Source: Planctomycetales bacterium (GTDB lineage: Bacteria > Planctomycetota > Planctomycetia > Isosphaerales > Isosphaeraceae). From it: 32,000 nucleotides of DNA. Location of the stretch: positions 11,332-43,331 of the forward strand of contig DAIDHB010000418.1 of the NCBI GenBank assembly GCA_027452145.1, read 5' to 3'. The translations under genes were made by a program, and so were the position numbers. Numbering within the stretch: position 1 is the first letter of the stretch; every line of letters begins with the position of its first letter. Below are positions 20,588 to 29,858 of the stretch, in pieces. Under the pieces are notes generated by a model, which was given only the letters and a program-made list of their open reading frames with translations, did no database searches and was not told where the DNA came from.

Positions 20588-22195
20588 ATGAATCCTCATC
20601 GTCGGTCGATCGGGTCGGCATGGCTGATCGGATGTCTGCTCGTGACGGGTGCCTTCGGATTGGGCCTGCCCGCCCGTTCGCGGGCGGACGAGATCGAGCT
20701 GACCCTCCGGACGCGCGACCCGAAGACCGGCGCCGTCCGCACGACCGCCGAGCGCGTCGACCCGCGCCGGGTCGGCGTCATCGCCGTGGACGTGTGGAAC
20801 TTCCACTGGTGCAAGACCGCGACGATGCGGGTGGACGCCCTGGTGCCGCGGATTGATCGGGCGCTCGAGGCGGCCCGGGCGATGGGCATGACGGTGATGC
20901 TCTGTCCCAGCGACGTGGTGGACAACTACGTCGGATTTCCCCAGCGCGAGGCGGTGTTCGCCCTGCCTCGCGTCGACGTGCCTTCGGTGGTCGAGGTCAA
21001 GTGCCCGCCGGCGCCCGATGCCGGCGGATGCGCCTGCGGCCGCGAGCGGTGCGCCGTCAATTACGGGTGGGACGGGATGCACCCCGGCCTCCGGATCGGG
21101 CCAGATGACCTGATGCCCGACACCCGGGACGAGGTGTATGCCATCTGCCGGAAGAATGGCCTGACCCATTTGATCTACGTCGGCTTCCATACGCAGGTCT
21201 GCCTGCTGGGCAAGCCGATGGGCCTGAAGGCGATGAAGTCCGCGGGGCTGAAATGCGTCCTGGCGCGCGACATGACCGACGCCCACCCCGGCTATGACCC
21301 GGCGCGCGGCTTCACGCCCGACCTCAACACCGAGCAGGTCGTCGAACATTTCGAGAAGTACCTGGCGCCCACGATCGGGCTTCAGGAGGAGCTGGCCCGG
21401 CTGGGTCGCTGGGATTCCCGGTGGGTCCTGGACCCGGTTTGGATCGCACCCTGGGGGGCGCCCCAGCGGCCGCACCTGTTCGAGCAGCCGATCATCGTGA
21501 CGCTATCGGCGCCCTTCCAGCCGGGCGCCGAGATCCGCTACACCCTCGACGGCTCGGCGCCGACCGCCGGCTCGCCGAGATACACGGCTCCGCTGACGCT
21601 CGCCGACACCACGCACCTGCGAGCCTCGGCGTTTCGCGACGGGCAGCCGGTCTGCCGCGAGTCCGAAGGTTCGTTCGCCCGGATGGGTCCGATGCCTCCC
21701 TTGCCCGATGTCTACCTGGGCGATCTATCGCCGATCCGCAGCGTCGGGTTCGGGCATACCTATGGCCAGAACGTCCGCTACTCGGGAAACACCCGCGCCC
21801 CGCAGAAGGACCATGCCAACCTGGGAGGCGACATCCGAATCAATCGATCCAAATATCGTCGCGGGATCGGGATGCACGCCCCGTGCGAGCTCGCCTACGC
21901 GATCAAGCCCAGCTACGCGCGGTTCGTCGGCCTGGCGGGGGTCGACGAAAACCTCATCGGCATCAGCAACGGTTCGAACCTCGCCCGCTATCCGAGCGTG
22001 GTCTTCAAGGTGTTCATCGACGGCAAGGAGGCGGCGTCGAGCCCGTTGATGCGCATCCAGTCGCCGGCCTGGCGGTTCGACGTGCCGATCCCCGAAGGCG
22101 CGCGGCTGATCAGCCTGGCGATCACCGACGCGGGCGACGGCTCGCGCGAGGACTTCGCCGACTGGGCCAATGCCGGGTTCGTCGTCCGGAAGTAA
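20588..22195 (+). CDS. Secreted fusion protein: isochorismatase-like (cysteine hydrolase) domain, chitobiase/hexosaminidase-C-like domain, NPCBM domain
   Basis: The ATG at 20588 gives the signal peptide MNPHRRSIGSAWLIGCLLVTGAFGLGLPARSRA. The first domain reads VIAVDVWNFHWC...GLTHLIYVGFHTQVCLLGKPMGLKAMKSAGLKCVLARDMTDA. The middle domain reads IIVTLSAPFQPGAEIRYTLDGSAPTAGSPRYTAPLTL. The C-terminal domain is NPCBM-like: VYLGDLSP...INRSKYRRGIGMHAPCELAYAI...FVGLAGVDE...VVFKVFIDGKE...DFADWANAGF. Confidence 0.85.
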   Translation: MNPHRRSIGSAWLIGCLLVTGAFGLGLPARSRADEIELTLRTRDPKTGAVRTTAERVDPRRVGVIAVDVWNFHWCKTATMRVDALVPRIDRALEAARAMGMTVMLCPSDVVDNYVGFPQREAVFALPRVDVPSVVEVKCPPAPDAGGCACGRERCAVNYGWDGMHPGLRIGPDDLMPDTRDEVYAICRKNGLTHLIYVGFHTQVCLLGKPMGLKAMKSAGLKCVLARDMTDAHPGYDPARGFTPDLNTEQVVEHFEKYLAPTIGLQEELARLGRWDSRWVLDPVWIAPWGAPQRPHLFEQPIIVTLSAPFQPGAEIRYTLDGSAPTAGSPRYTAPLTLADTTHLRASAFRDGQPVCRESEGSFARMGPMPPLPDVYLGDLSPIRSVGFGHTYGQNVRYSGNTRAPQKDHANLGGDIRINRSKYRRGIGMHAPCELAYAIKPSYARFVGLAGVDENLIGISNGSNLARYPSVVFKVFIDGKEAASSPLMRIQSPAWRFDVPIPEGARLISLAITDAGDGSREDFADWANAGFVVRK

Positions 22196-22351
22196 ACCCC
22201 GGTAGGCAATGCCCACCGTCTACCAGCCAACCGCCCTGCCGGGACCGGCCGTGAGTGCCCTGCCACGTCATCGCCGACGACGCGATCCGGAAGAATTGAG
22301 CTGCGCCGATCGTCCGTCGAGCCGCGACGGGCAACCGATCACCCTTCCGCC

Positions 22352-22386
22352 TTGACTCCCACGGCCGACTGGTTAAGATATTAACC
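22352..22386 (+). promoter_or_regulatory. Sigma-70-like promoter with an overlapping palindromic operator for the MarR gene
   Basis: The promoter is TTGACT (22352-22357), a 16-nt spacer, then TAAGAT (22374-22379). The imperfect palindrome GGTTAAGATATTAACC (22371-22386, 14 of 16 positions symmetric) covers the -10 box and ends 2 nt before the ATG at 22389. Confidence 0.45.
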
Positions 22387-22388
22387 AA

Positions 22389-22868
22389 ATGAGCCCGACG
22401 CGAAAGCCTGAAAAGCCTGCGCTGCCCGTCCTGAACGACGACCCCCGGAGCTGGGACTTCCGGGCGGCGGTGGCGATGCTCCGCCTGCACGGCCGGCTCG
22501 AGCGGTGCCTGTCCGACGGGCTGGCGGCGCACGGGCTCACGCTCGCGCAGTTCGACGTCCTGATGACCCTCTGCCACGGCGAGGGGATCACGCAGCAGGA
22601 GCTGGCCGAGTGGCTCCTGGTCACAAAGGCCAACGTCGTCGGGCTGATCGACCGGGTCGAGGCGGCCGGCTGGGTCGAGCGCCGGGCCGACCCCGAGGAC
22701 CGTCGGGTGAAGCGGCTCTACCTCACCGACGCCGGCCGCAAGCTCGCCCGCAAGGCCCAGCCCGGCCAGCATGCCCTGGTCCGGAGGATCTTCGGCAGGC
22801 TCTCCGAGGCCGAGCTCCGCCAGTTGCACGCGATGCTCGCCCGGCTCGAGGAAGCGTGTTCCGGCTGA
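22389..22868 (+). CDS. MarR-family transcriptional regulator
   Basis: The winged-helix pattern is LTLAQFDVLMTLCHGEGITQQELAEWLLVTKANVVGLIDRVEAAGWVERRADPEDRRVKRLYLTDAGRKL. Confidence 0.9.
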   Translation: MSPTRKPEKPALPVLNDDPRSWDFRAAVAMLRLHGRLERCLSDGLAAHGLTLAQFDVLMTLCHGEGITQQELAEWLLVTKANVVGLIDRVEAAGWVERRADPEDRRVKRLYLTDAGRKLARKAQPGQHALVRRIFGRLSEAELRQLHAMLARLEEACSG

Positions 22869-22944
22869 GGCCCCCTTTTTTTCGGCAGATGGTCAATGTG
22901 TTGACCGTCAGGAGTCAAACCTTCACGCAGGAGGGATCGAGACG

Positions 22945-23547
22945 ATGGAGACGACCGATCGGAAGCGAGTGGACGGCAAGGCGCTCGACGTCCTGTTTCG
23001 CGAGGCGCGCACCCACGGCGCGTGGCTGCCGCGCCCCGTGAGCCAGGACGTGCTGCACGCGGCCTACGAGCTGGCCCGACTGGCGCCGACGAGCGCCAAC
23101 ACGTCGCCGGCGCGCTTCGTGTTCCTGACGACCCCGGAGGCGAAGGAGCGGCTGGTCCCGGCGCTGATGCCGGGCAACGTCGACAAGACCCGCTCAGCGC
23201 CGGTGACGGTCATCGTGGCGCAGGACATGGAGTTCTACGAGCAATTGCCCCGGCTATTCCCGTTCGTCGACGCTCGCTCGTGGTTCGCCGGCAACCCCGG
23301 CATGATCGCCGACACCGCGGCGCGGAACAGCAGCCTCCAGGGGGCGTACTTCCTCCTGGCGGCCCGCGCGCTGGGGCTCGACTGCGGCCCGATGTCGGGC
23401 TTCGACGCCGAGAAGGTCAACGCCGAGTTCTTCCCCGACGGCAAGTGGCGGGCGAACTTCCTGATCAACCTGGGTTACGGCGACCCGGCGCAGCTTTACC
23501 CCCGCGCTCCCCGGCTGGAATTCGACGAGGCGTGCCGCGTGCTCTGA
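22945..23547 (+). CDS. Nitroreductase-family protein, RutE/malonic-semialdehyde-reductase-like
   Basis: From the ATG at 22945 (GGAGGGA lies upstream) the product reads ...ALDVLFREARTHGAWLPRPVSQDVLHAAYELARLAPTSANTSPARFVFL...PVTVIVA...QGAYFLLAARALGLDCGPMSGFD. This closely follows the RutE-type pattern. Confidence 0.85.
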   Translation: METTDRKRVDGKALDVLFREARTHGAWLPRPVSQDVLHAAYELARLAPTSANTSPARFVFLTTPEAKERLVPALMPGNVDKTRSAPVTVIVAQDMEFYEQLPRLFPFVDARSWFAGNPGMIADTAARNSSLQGAYFLLAARALGLDCGPMSGFDAEKVNAEFFPDGKWRANFLINLGYGDPAQLYPRAPRLEFDEACRVL

Positions 23548-23569
23548 AAGCCTGACAGGGGTGCGGCCG

Positions 23570-23611
23570 GGCGAGGCTCCGGCCGAGCCGGGAGGACGCG
23601 ATGGCCTCGCC
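23570..23611. terminator. GC-rich inverted repeat between convergent genes
   Basis: GGCGAGGC (23570-23577) pairs with GCCTCGCC (23604-23611). A second imperfect stem (CTCCGGC...GCCGGGAG) lies in the loop. No U-tract is present, so the terminator function is only inferred from position. Confidence 0.25.
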
Positions 23612-23668
23612 ATCTCCCGGTTCGCCCCTCCGATCAGGACCTGTCCAGTAACGGCCGATCATCTTCGA

Positions 23669-24787
23669 TCAATCAAAAGGGATTCCGGTCTGGCGCGCGA
23701 TATCGCGAAGGTCCTCGACGACCGCCGGGACCAGCGGGATGCCGGAGGTGCGCCGGACGGCCTCGGCCTGGCGCTCCGGGTCGCCCGGGATGAGCAGGCC
23801 CGACGTGCCGGAGGCCGGCCGGGCGGCGCGGAACGCACGGATCCATTCGTCGATCCGGCTCTTGAACTCATCCGGATCGAGGAATCCGTCGATCCGCATC
23901 GCGCCGAAGGAGTGGCCGATCCCGCGGCCGACGCCCCGCGCGGGGAGATCCCGCCGCAGCGCGAACGGCGGCGCGAAGGGCCCCCAGTCCGCCCCGCTCA
24001 GCACGGCGGAGAGGATATCCACCATCGCCGCCAGACAGTAGCCCTTGTGCCCGCCGTGCTCGCGGTCGCCGCCGAGCGGGAGCAGCGCGCCTCCCTCGAT
24101 CAGGCCGCGGGGCTCGGTCGTGGGGCGGCCGTCGGCGTCGACCGCCCACCCCTCGGGGATCGGACGCCCCTGCCGCATCGCGATCTCGACCTTGCCGAAC
24201 GCGACGGCGCTCGTCGCCATGTCGATGACGATCGGCGGCTCCTCGCCGCCGGGGAACGCGATGGCGATCGGGTTGGTGCCGAGCATCCGATCGGCCGACC
24301 AGAGCGGCGCCACCAGCGGGCCCGCGTTGGTCATCGCCCAGCCGATCAGCCCTCGGCCGAGTGCCTGGAGGGGATAATAGCCGGCGATGCCGAAATGCGT
24401 GGTGTTGCACACGCCGACCCACGCCGAGCCGACGGCCTCGGCCTTCTCCATCGCGACCCGGTTGGCCCACGGACCGACGACCAGCCCCAGCCCGTTGTCG
24501 CCGTCGACGGTCGCCGTGCCGGGCAGCTCGCGGACGATCCGGATCTCGGGCCGGGGGTTGATCCGGCCGAGGGTCAGCATGTCGAAATAGGTGTGCAGCC
24601 GCGCCACGCCGTGCGAGTCGATCCCGCGCAGGTCGCTCGCGGCCAGCACGTCGGCGGCCTGGCGCGCGTCGGCCTCGGGGACGCCGAAATGCCGGAACAC
24701 TCGGGCCGAGAACTCTTCGAGCCGTTCGACGGGATAGGTCCGCATCTCGTCGGGTCCGGTCATGAACGCCTCCGGCAGGTCGGTCAT
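23669..24787 (-). CDS. Ldh_2-family (malate/L-lactate/sulfolactate-type) NAD(P)H-dependent dehydrogenase
   Basis: The product contains DLRGIDSHGVARLHTY...DGDNGLGLVVG...VCNTTHFGIAGYY...GTNPIAIAFP...IDMATSAVAFGKV...LPLGG...HKGYCLAAMVDILSAVLSG, the characteristic Ldh_2 family blocks. Confidence 0.9.
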   Translation of the reverse strand: MTDLPEAFMTGPDEMRTYPVERLEEFSARVFRHFGVPEADARQAADVLAASDLRGIDSHGVARLHTYFDMLTLGRINPRPEIRIVRELPGTATVDGDNGLGLVVGPWANRVAMEKAEAVGSAWVGVCNTTHFGIAGYYPLQALGRGLIGWAMTNAGPLVAPLWSADRMLGTNPIAIAFPGGEEPPIVIDMATSAVAFGKVEIAMRQGRPIPEGWAVDADGRPTTEPRGLIEGGALLPLGGDREHGGHKGYCLAAMVDILSAVLSGADWGPFAPPFALRRDLPARGVGRGIGHSFGAMRIDGFLDPDEFKSRIDEWIRAFRAARPASGTSGLLIPGDPERQAEAVRRTSGIPLVPAVVEDLRDIARQTGIPFD

Positions 24788-24809
24788 TCGATTCGGTCGG
24801 CCGGCCGGC

Positions 24810-26009
24810 TCACGCGAACCGGGGGATCAGCCGCTCGACGATCGTCTTGCCGATGTTCAGCGACGCGGTCGCCGCCGGCGAGGGCGCGTTGTTCACGTTG
24901 ATTACCCGGTCGGCCTCCTGGATCAGGAAGTCGTCGACCATCGAGCCATCCGGCAGCACGGCCTGGGCGCGGATGCCCGCCGGCGCGGGGTGCAGGTGCT
25001 CGGCCCGGATCTCGGGCACGAGCCGCTGCAGCGCCTTGACGAACGCCGCCTTGCTCGCCGACCGCCAGATCTCGCCCAGCCCGGTCTTCCAGTACTTCGC
25101 CGCCATCTTGCGGAAGCCCGAGTAGCCCAGCGTCTCGGCCATGTCGGCGAGGTTGAAGTCGGTCTTGCGGTATCCCTCGCGGGCGAAGGCCAGCACGGCG
25201 TTCGGGCCGCACTCGACGCCCCCCACCACCATCCGGGTGAAGTGCACGCCGAGGAAAGGGAAGTTGGGGTCGGGCACCGGGTAGATCAGGTTCTTGCAGA
25301 GGTGCTCGGCCTCGCGGGTGAGCTCGTAATACTCGCCGCGGAACGGCACGATCTTGGCGTCGGGCGTCTGGCCGCTCATCGCCGTGACCCGGTCGCAGTG
25401 CAGCCCCGCGCAGTTGACCACCTGGGATGCCTCGACGTCGCCCGCGGCCGTGGTTACCACGACCTTGCCGTTGGAGCGGTCCATCCTCGTCGCGCGTGCC
25501 GAGGTGAGCACCTGGCCGTCGCGCTCGCGCACCCGCTCGGCCAGCCGCTGACACACCTGCTTGTAGTTGACGATCCCCGCCTCGGGGACGTGGATCGCCT
25601 TGATCCCGGCCGAATGCGGCTCGAGCTCGTTCAGCCGCTCCTTGCCGATGACCTCGCACTTGACGCCGTTGGCCACGCCGCGCTCGTAGATCCGCTCCAT
25701 GGCCGGCAGCTCGGATTCATCGAGTGCCACGATGACCTTGCCGCAGATCTCGTACGCGATCCCCTCGGCCGCGCAGAACTCCTCCATCAGCTTCTTGCCT
25801 TCGCGGCAGTTGATCGCCTTGAGCGAGCCGGGCTTGTAGTAGATGCCCGAGTGCAGCACGCCCGAGTTGTGGCCGGTCTGGTGCAGGGCCAGCTCGGCCT
25901 CCTTCTCCAGCACCACGACCCGCTTGCCGGGGAGCGCCCGGGTAAGCTGATAGGCCGTCGCCAGCCCCACGATCCCCCCGCCGATGATGGCCACGTCCGT
26001 CGAGATCAT
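24810..26009 (-). CDS. lhgO: L-2-hydroxyglutarate oxidase/dehydrogenase (FAD)
   Basis: The product reads [22 protein letters not shown]...VVVLEKE...[23 protein letters not shown]...FRGEYY...[18 protein letters not shown]...[11 protein letters not shown]. This is the LhgO/YgaF pattern. An alternative ATG lies 7 codons upstream at 26030. Confidence 0.88.
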   Translation of the reverse strand: MISTDVAIIGGGIVGLATAYQLTRALPGKRVVVLEKEAELALHQTGHNSGVLHSGIYYKPGSLKAINCREGKKLMEEFCAAEGIAYEICGKVIVALDESELPAMERIYERGVANGVKCEVIGKERLNELEPHSAGIKAIHVPEAGIVNYKQVCQRLAERVRERDGQVLTSARATRMDRSNGKVVVTTAAGDVEASQVVNCAGLHCDRVTAMSGQTPDAKIVPFRGEYYELTREAEHLCKNLIYPVPDPNFPFLGVHFTRMVVGGVECGPNAVLAFAREGYRKTDFNLADMAETLGYSGFRKMAAKYWKTGLGEIWRSASKAAFVKALQRLVPEIRAEHLHPAPAGIRAQAVLPDGSMVDDFLIQEADRVINVNNAPSPAATASLNIGKTIVERLIPRFA

Positions 26010-26321
26010 TGCTATCCTTGGAGTTGGCATTCGAACTCGCGTCAGGCCGGTCCGCGCGGCCCTTCATTTTCAGCGCAACAGCCTACCCGAGAATCCCGGC
26101 CGCGGCCAGGGTCGCTCCGGCCGTACCGTCGTTCGGCCGGCCGTCGACCGGACACGCGGACCGGAATTCATACCGTTTGGCGCGGTTCATGCCTTGTGTG
26201 GTGGTATTGAATCGATCATGATCGTCGAGTCCCAGACAGACCACGAATCGACCGGCTCGGTGGAAAGACCGCCCAGAACAGGACCGACCATCCCCGGATT
26301 GCGCCACGGATTCAAGACGGT

Positions 26322-28031
26322 ATGTCAGGATCAGATGAACCCGACGGCAGGGCGGTGAGCCTCGCCGACGTCCTGTGCACCGACGAGCTGCGGACCCGGC
26401 CATCCCGATCGCCGGATCACGCGGCCGAGAACCGCGCACTGAGGGCGCTGGCCGAGGCGATGGGCGAGGCGCCGCACGCGATCCTCCAGAGGCTGGTGGA
26501 CACCGCGTGTGCTCTCTGCCGGGCCGACTCGGCCGGGATCAGCATCCTGGAGAGCCGCGACGGCCGCGAGATGTTCCGCTGGCCGGCGATCGCTGGCCGG
26601 CTCGCCGCAGCCGCTGGCGAAGGGATCCGAAGGGACGCCGCCGCATGCTGGGTCGTGCTCGAGCGCGACTCCGTCCAGCTCTTCGTCCACCCCGATCGGT
26701 ACTTCGCCCCCTCCACTCCATTGGACCCTCCGGTCGTGGAGTCCCTGCTGGCCCCGTTCCACCACGACGGCAAGCCGGTCGGCACGGTCTGGGCCATCGC
26801 CCACACCGAGGATCGCAAGTTCGACGCCGAGGACGCGCGGCTGCTCGAGAGCCTCTCCCGGTTCGCTGCCGCCGCCTACCAGATGACCCGCGCCCTGGAC
26901 GCCGCCGAGTCCGACCGGACCGAGCTGGTGCGCGAGGTCGCCGAGCGCAAGCGGGCGGGCGAGGAGCTGCGCCGCCAGCGGGACCTGGCCCGCGAGCTGA
27001 TCGACGCCGCCCCGGCCATGGTGCTCATGCTCGACCCCGACGGCCGGGTCACGCTCTTCAACCGCTTCGCCGAGCAGCTCTCCGGCTTCCCGGCCGAGGA
27101 AGTCGTGGGGCGCGACTTCTTCACCCGGCTGCTCCCCGAACGCGACCGCCGGCGAATCCGAGCGGTCCACCACGAGACGCTGGGCGAGGTGGACACCAGC
27201 GGCACCGTCAACCCGATCCAGACGAGGGACGGCCGCGAGCGCCAGATCCAGTGGTCCAACCGGGTCCTCCGCGACGCGGAGGGGCACGTCGCCGGTGTGC
27301 TGGCGGTCGGGCAGGACATCACCGAGCTCAGCGACGCCCACGACCGCGCGCTGCGGGCGGAGCGCCTGGCGGCGATCGGCGAGCTGATCACCGGGCTGGC
27401 GCACGAGAGCCGCAACGCGCTGCAACGCAGCCAGGCCTGCCTCGAGATGCTCGCCATGGCGGTGGCCGATCGCCCCCGCGCCATGGACCTCATCGCCCGG
27501 TTGCAGACGGCCCAGAACGAGCTGGCGCGCTCCTACGACGAGGTGCGGCACTACGCGACAGCAATCCGACTCGAGCGGCAGCCGATCGAGGTCGCCGAGG
27601 TCTGGAGGGCCGCCTGGACCGACCTGGAGCCGGACCGGAGGGGCCGGGTCGCCCTGCTGCGAGAGCAGATCGAGGCCGGGGATACCCGCTGCCGGGTCGA
27701 CGCGTTCCGGATGAAGCAGGTCTTCCGCAACCTGCTGGACAACGCGCTGGCCGCCTGCCCCGACCCGGTCGCGATCACGATCCGCTGCGACGGCGACGAG
27801 CTGCACGGCCGACCCGCGTTGCGGATCTCGGTCCAGGACGACGGCCCCGGCGTCGCGCCCGAGCAGGTGCCGCGGATGTTCGAGGCATTCTACACCACGA
27901 AGGTGAGGGGCAGCGGCCTGGGCCTCGCGATCTGCCGCCGGATCGTCGAGGCCCACAGCGGCCGGATCGACCTCGGCGCCCCGGACCGCGGGGCGGAGTT
28001 CATCATCCGCCTCCCGCGGGGTGACGGATGA
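26322..28031 (+). CDS. Soluble sensor histidine kinase (GAF - PAS - HisKA - HATPase_c)
   Basis: A GAF-like N-terminus (LQRLVDTACALCRADSAGISILE...) is followed by a coiled linker and a PAS domain (MVLMLDPDGRVTLFNRFAEQLSGFPAEEVVGRDFF...VLAVGQDITE). The H-box is LITGLAHESRNAL, the N-box is FRNLLDNALAA, G1 is QDDGPGV and G2 is GSGLGLAICRRIVEAH. No TM segment was found. Confidence 0.9.
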   Translation: MSGSDEPDGRAVSLADVLCTDELRTRPSRSPDHAAENRALRALAEAMGEAPHAILQRLVDTACALCRADSAGISILESRDGREMFRWPAIAGRLAAAAGEGIRRDAAACWVVLERDSVQLFVHPDRYFAPSTPLDPPVVESLLAPFHHDGKPVGTVWAIAHTEDRKFDAEDARLLESLSRFAAAAYQMTRALDAAESDRTELVREVAERKRAGEELRRQRDLARELIDAAPAMVLMLDPDGRVTLFNRFAEQLSGFPAEEVVGRDFFTRLLPERDRRRIRAVHHETLGEVDTSGTVNPIQTRDGRERQIQWSNRVLRDAEGHVAGVLAVGQDITELSDAHDRALRAERLAAIGELITGLAHESRNALQRSQACLEMLAMAVADRPRAMDLIARLQTAQNELARSYDEVRHYATAIRLERQPIEVAEVWRAAWTDLEPDRRGRVALLREQIEAGDTRCRVDAFRMKQVFRNLLDNALAACPDPVAITIRCDGDELHGRPALRISVQDDGPGVAPEQVPRMFEAFYTTKVRGSGLGLAICRRIVEAHSGRIDLGAPDRGAEFIIRLPRGDG

Positions 28032-28131
28032 GCCGAACACGAGCGGTTCGCACCGAGCGGCCGGCCGGCCGCCGCGCTCCATCCCGCCGACCACGTCGTG
28101 CCCGGGATATCGGTCGATCCGTCGATCCTGA

Positions 28132-29175
28132 TCAGTAAGCCTCTCCCCCCACGACCTCGCCCCCGGCGACCGTGCCGAGCGCGCGCCAGACCATCCCGTC
28201 GACCGTACCCTTGACGAACTTCACCGACCCGTCGCCCAGTAGCGCGTTCACCCCGCCGGGGTGGTAGCTGCGCGAGTTGATCGCCGCGAAGGTCGGGCCG
28301 CCGTTCTCCTCGTTCTTGCCGTTCAAATCCAGGTCCATGCCGGGGTAGAACGACCGGCCGATGATCGCCTTGCTGGGGGGCCAGGCCGTCGTGAAGCCCG
28401 ACGCGTGCACGTGCCCGTCGGACCACTCGGTGTGGAACTCGTACTGGTTCTCCGTCGCGCAGATGCCGTCGTCGTATTCGGGCGCGACCTGGAACGGATC
28501 GGCGTACGGGCTCGGGATGTCGTTCGGATTGTTCACCGAGGGCAGCGTCGTGAACCGGCAGTTCGACGACGGCTGATACGCCTTCACCTCGGCCGCAAGC
28601 AGGGTACCACCCAGCCCGTCGGTGAAGGCCGCCAGCCGCAGGCTCCGGTTCGGCCCGAACGCCGAGCGACCATACGGCCCATTGAACCCGCCCCAGACGA
28701 ACCAGTCGCCGCCGCTCATCCCGTAGTTGATCACGCCCGACCGGCCGTAGTCGTGCGTCGAGACTCGCGGCTGGATTTCGCTCGGGCAGATGAACCCGGC
28801 GATCGTCAGCGAGATCACCGTCGAGTTCACGGGGTCCTCCTTGAATACGACAATGTTCGCCGCGTTGTACAGCGGGTTTCCCTCGAGGTACGGCAACAGC
28901 CGCGCCTGGGCGCTCCACCCCGTGTCGTAATCCACCGTATTGGCCACGCCCCGCATCGACATCGTCATCGGCAGGACGCCCAGGGCCGACTCGTAATTGT
29001 GCAGCGCCAGGCCGAGCTGCTTGAGATTACTGGTGCACCGGATCCGCCGCGCCGCCTCGCGCGCCGCCTGCACGGCCGGCAGCAACAGCGCGAGCAACAG
29101 CGCGATGATCGCGATCACGACCAGGAGCTCGATGAGCGTGAAGCCCCGGCGCGTCGGTGTCCTCGCCATCGTCAT
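28132..29175 (-). CDS. DUF1559 protein with prepilin-type N-terminal cleavage/methylation motif
   Basis: The N-terminus reads [69 protein letters not shown]. The C-terminus carries the H-X9-DG-type end [17 protein letters not shown]. This is a typical planctomycete paralogue family. Confidence 0.9.
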   Translation of the reverse strand: MTMARTPTRRGFTLIELLVVIAIIALLLALLLPAVQAAREAARRIRCTSNLKQLGLALHNYESALGVLPMTMSMRGVANTVDYDTGWSAQARLLPYLEGNPLYNAANIVVFKEDPVNSTVISLTIAGFICPSEIQPRVSTHDYGRSGVINYGMSGGDWFVWGGFNGPYGRSAFGPNRSLRLAAFTDGLGGTLLAAEVKAYQPSSNCRFTTLPSVNNPNDIPSPYADPFQVAPEYDDGICATENQYEFHTEWSDGHVHASGFTTAWPPSKAIIGRSFYPGMDLDLNGKNEENGGPTFAAINSRSYHPGGVNALLGDGSVKFVKGTVDGMVWRALGTVAGGEVVGGEAY

Positions 29176-29199
29176 CGCGGGGCCGCCTTTCTCGATGGC

Positions 29200-29856
29200 T
29201 CACTTCGATGCGGAGTCGCTCACGCCGAGGTCGTCGAAGCACGTCCGCGCGTCGGACTTCGTCCACAGGCCGATCATCCCGGCGTCGGAGAAGGTCGAGT
29301 CCTCGGCGACCAGGAGCTTCTTGCCGTCGAGGTAGCCGAGGATCTCGCGGTCCTTCATCGTGATCCGCAGCGTGTGCCACTCGCGGTCGCCGGGCGCGTC
29401 GGCATGGTCGAGCTGCGTGCGCTTGCCGTCCTCGACCTTGTAGACGCGCAGGTTATCCTCGAGCGGGTTGTAGCGCGCAATGTAATAGTTCCGCGCGTCC
29501 TTCGCCCGCCAGACGATCCCCCCGCCCTGGTCAATATTTCCCGAGCCGGCGCGAACCCGCACGCTGAGGTCCAGGTCCCTGTAGCTCGTGCCGTCGACCA
29601 GCGCCAGGTTGAACGTGCGATCCTCGTTCTCGGCCCTCTGGCAGAGGACGTGCCGTCCGCCTTTCTCGGAGACCTCCCAGCGCCCGACCGCGACGGTGAA
29701 ACCCGACGCGATCCGGCCGGGAGCGTCCTTCTCGAAGTCCCAGGTCCTGCGCCCGACGCCGACATCGCCACCACCCGCGGCGGCCAGGCCAACGGCTCCG
29801 ATCACGGCCAGCGCCGCGAGGATGACACGCGGAGCAAGGTTCGCGGACAATCGCAT
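29200..29856 (-). CDS. Secreted DUF1080-like (concanavalin/LamG-fold) protein
   Basis: The signal peptide is MRLSANLAPRVILAALAVIGAVGLAAAGG. The domain pattern is W...GRWEV...LALVDGTSYRDLDLSVRVR...GGGIVWRAKDARNYYIARY...WHTLRITMKD..ILGYLDGKKLL...GMIGLWTK. Confidence 0.7.
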   Translation of the reverse strand: MRLSANLAPRVILAALAVIGAVGLAAAGGGDVGVGRRTWDFEKDAPGRIASGFTVAVGRWEVSEKGGRHVLCQRAENEDRTFNLALVDGTSYRDLDLSVRVRAGSGNIDQGGGIVWRAKDARNYYIARYNPLEDNLRVYKVEDGKRTQLDHADAPGDREWHTLRITMKDREILGYLDGKKLLVAEDSTFSDAGMIGLWTKSDARTCFDDLGVSDSASK

Positions 29857-29858
29857 CG

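Noticed and set aside
26331-28094. 587-aa minus ORF and 549-aa alternative plus-frame ORF (26375..28024)
   Set aside because: Both overlap the histidine-kinase gene, whose frame carries the H, N, G1 and G2 boxes. The alternatives are R/P/G-rich.
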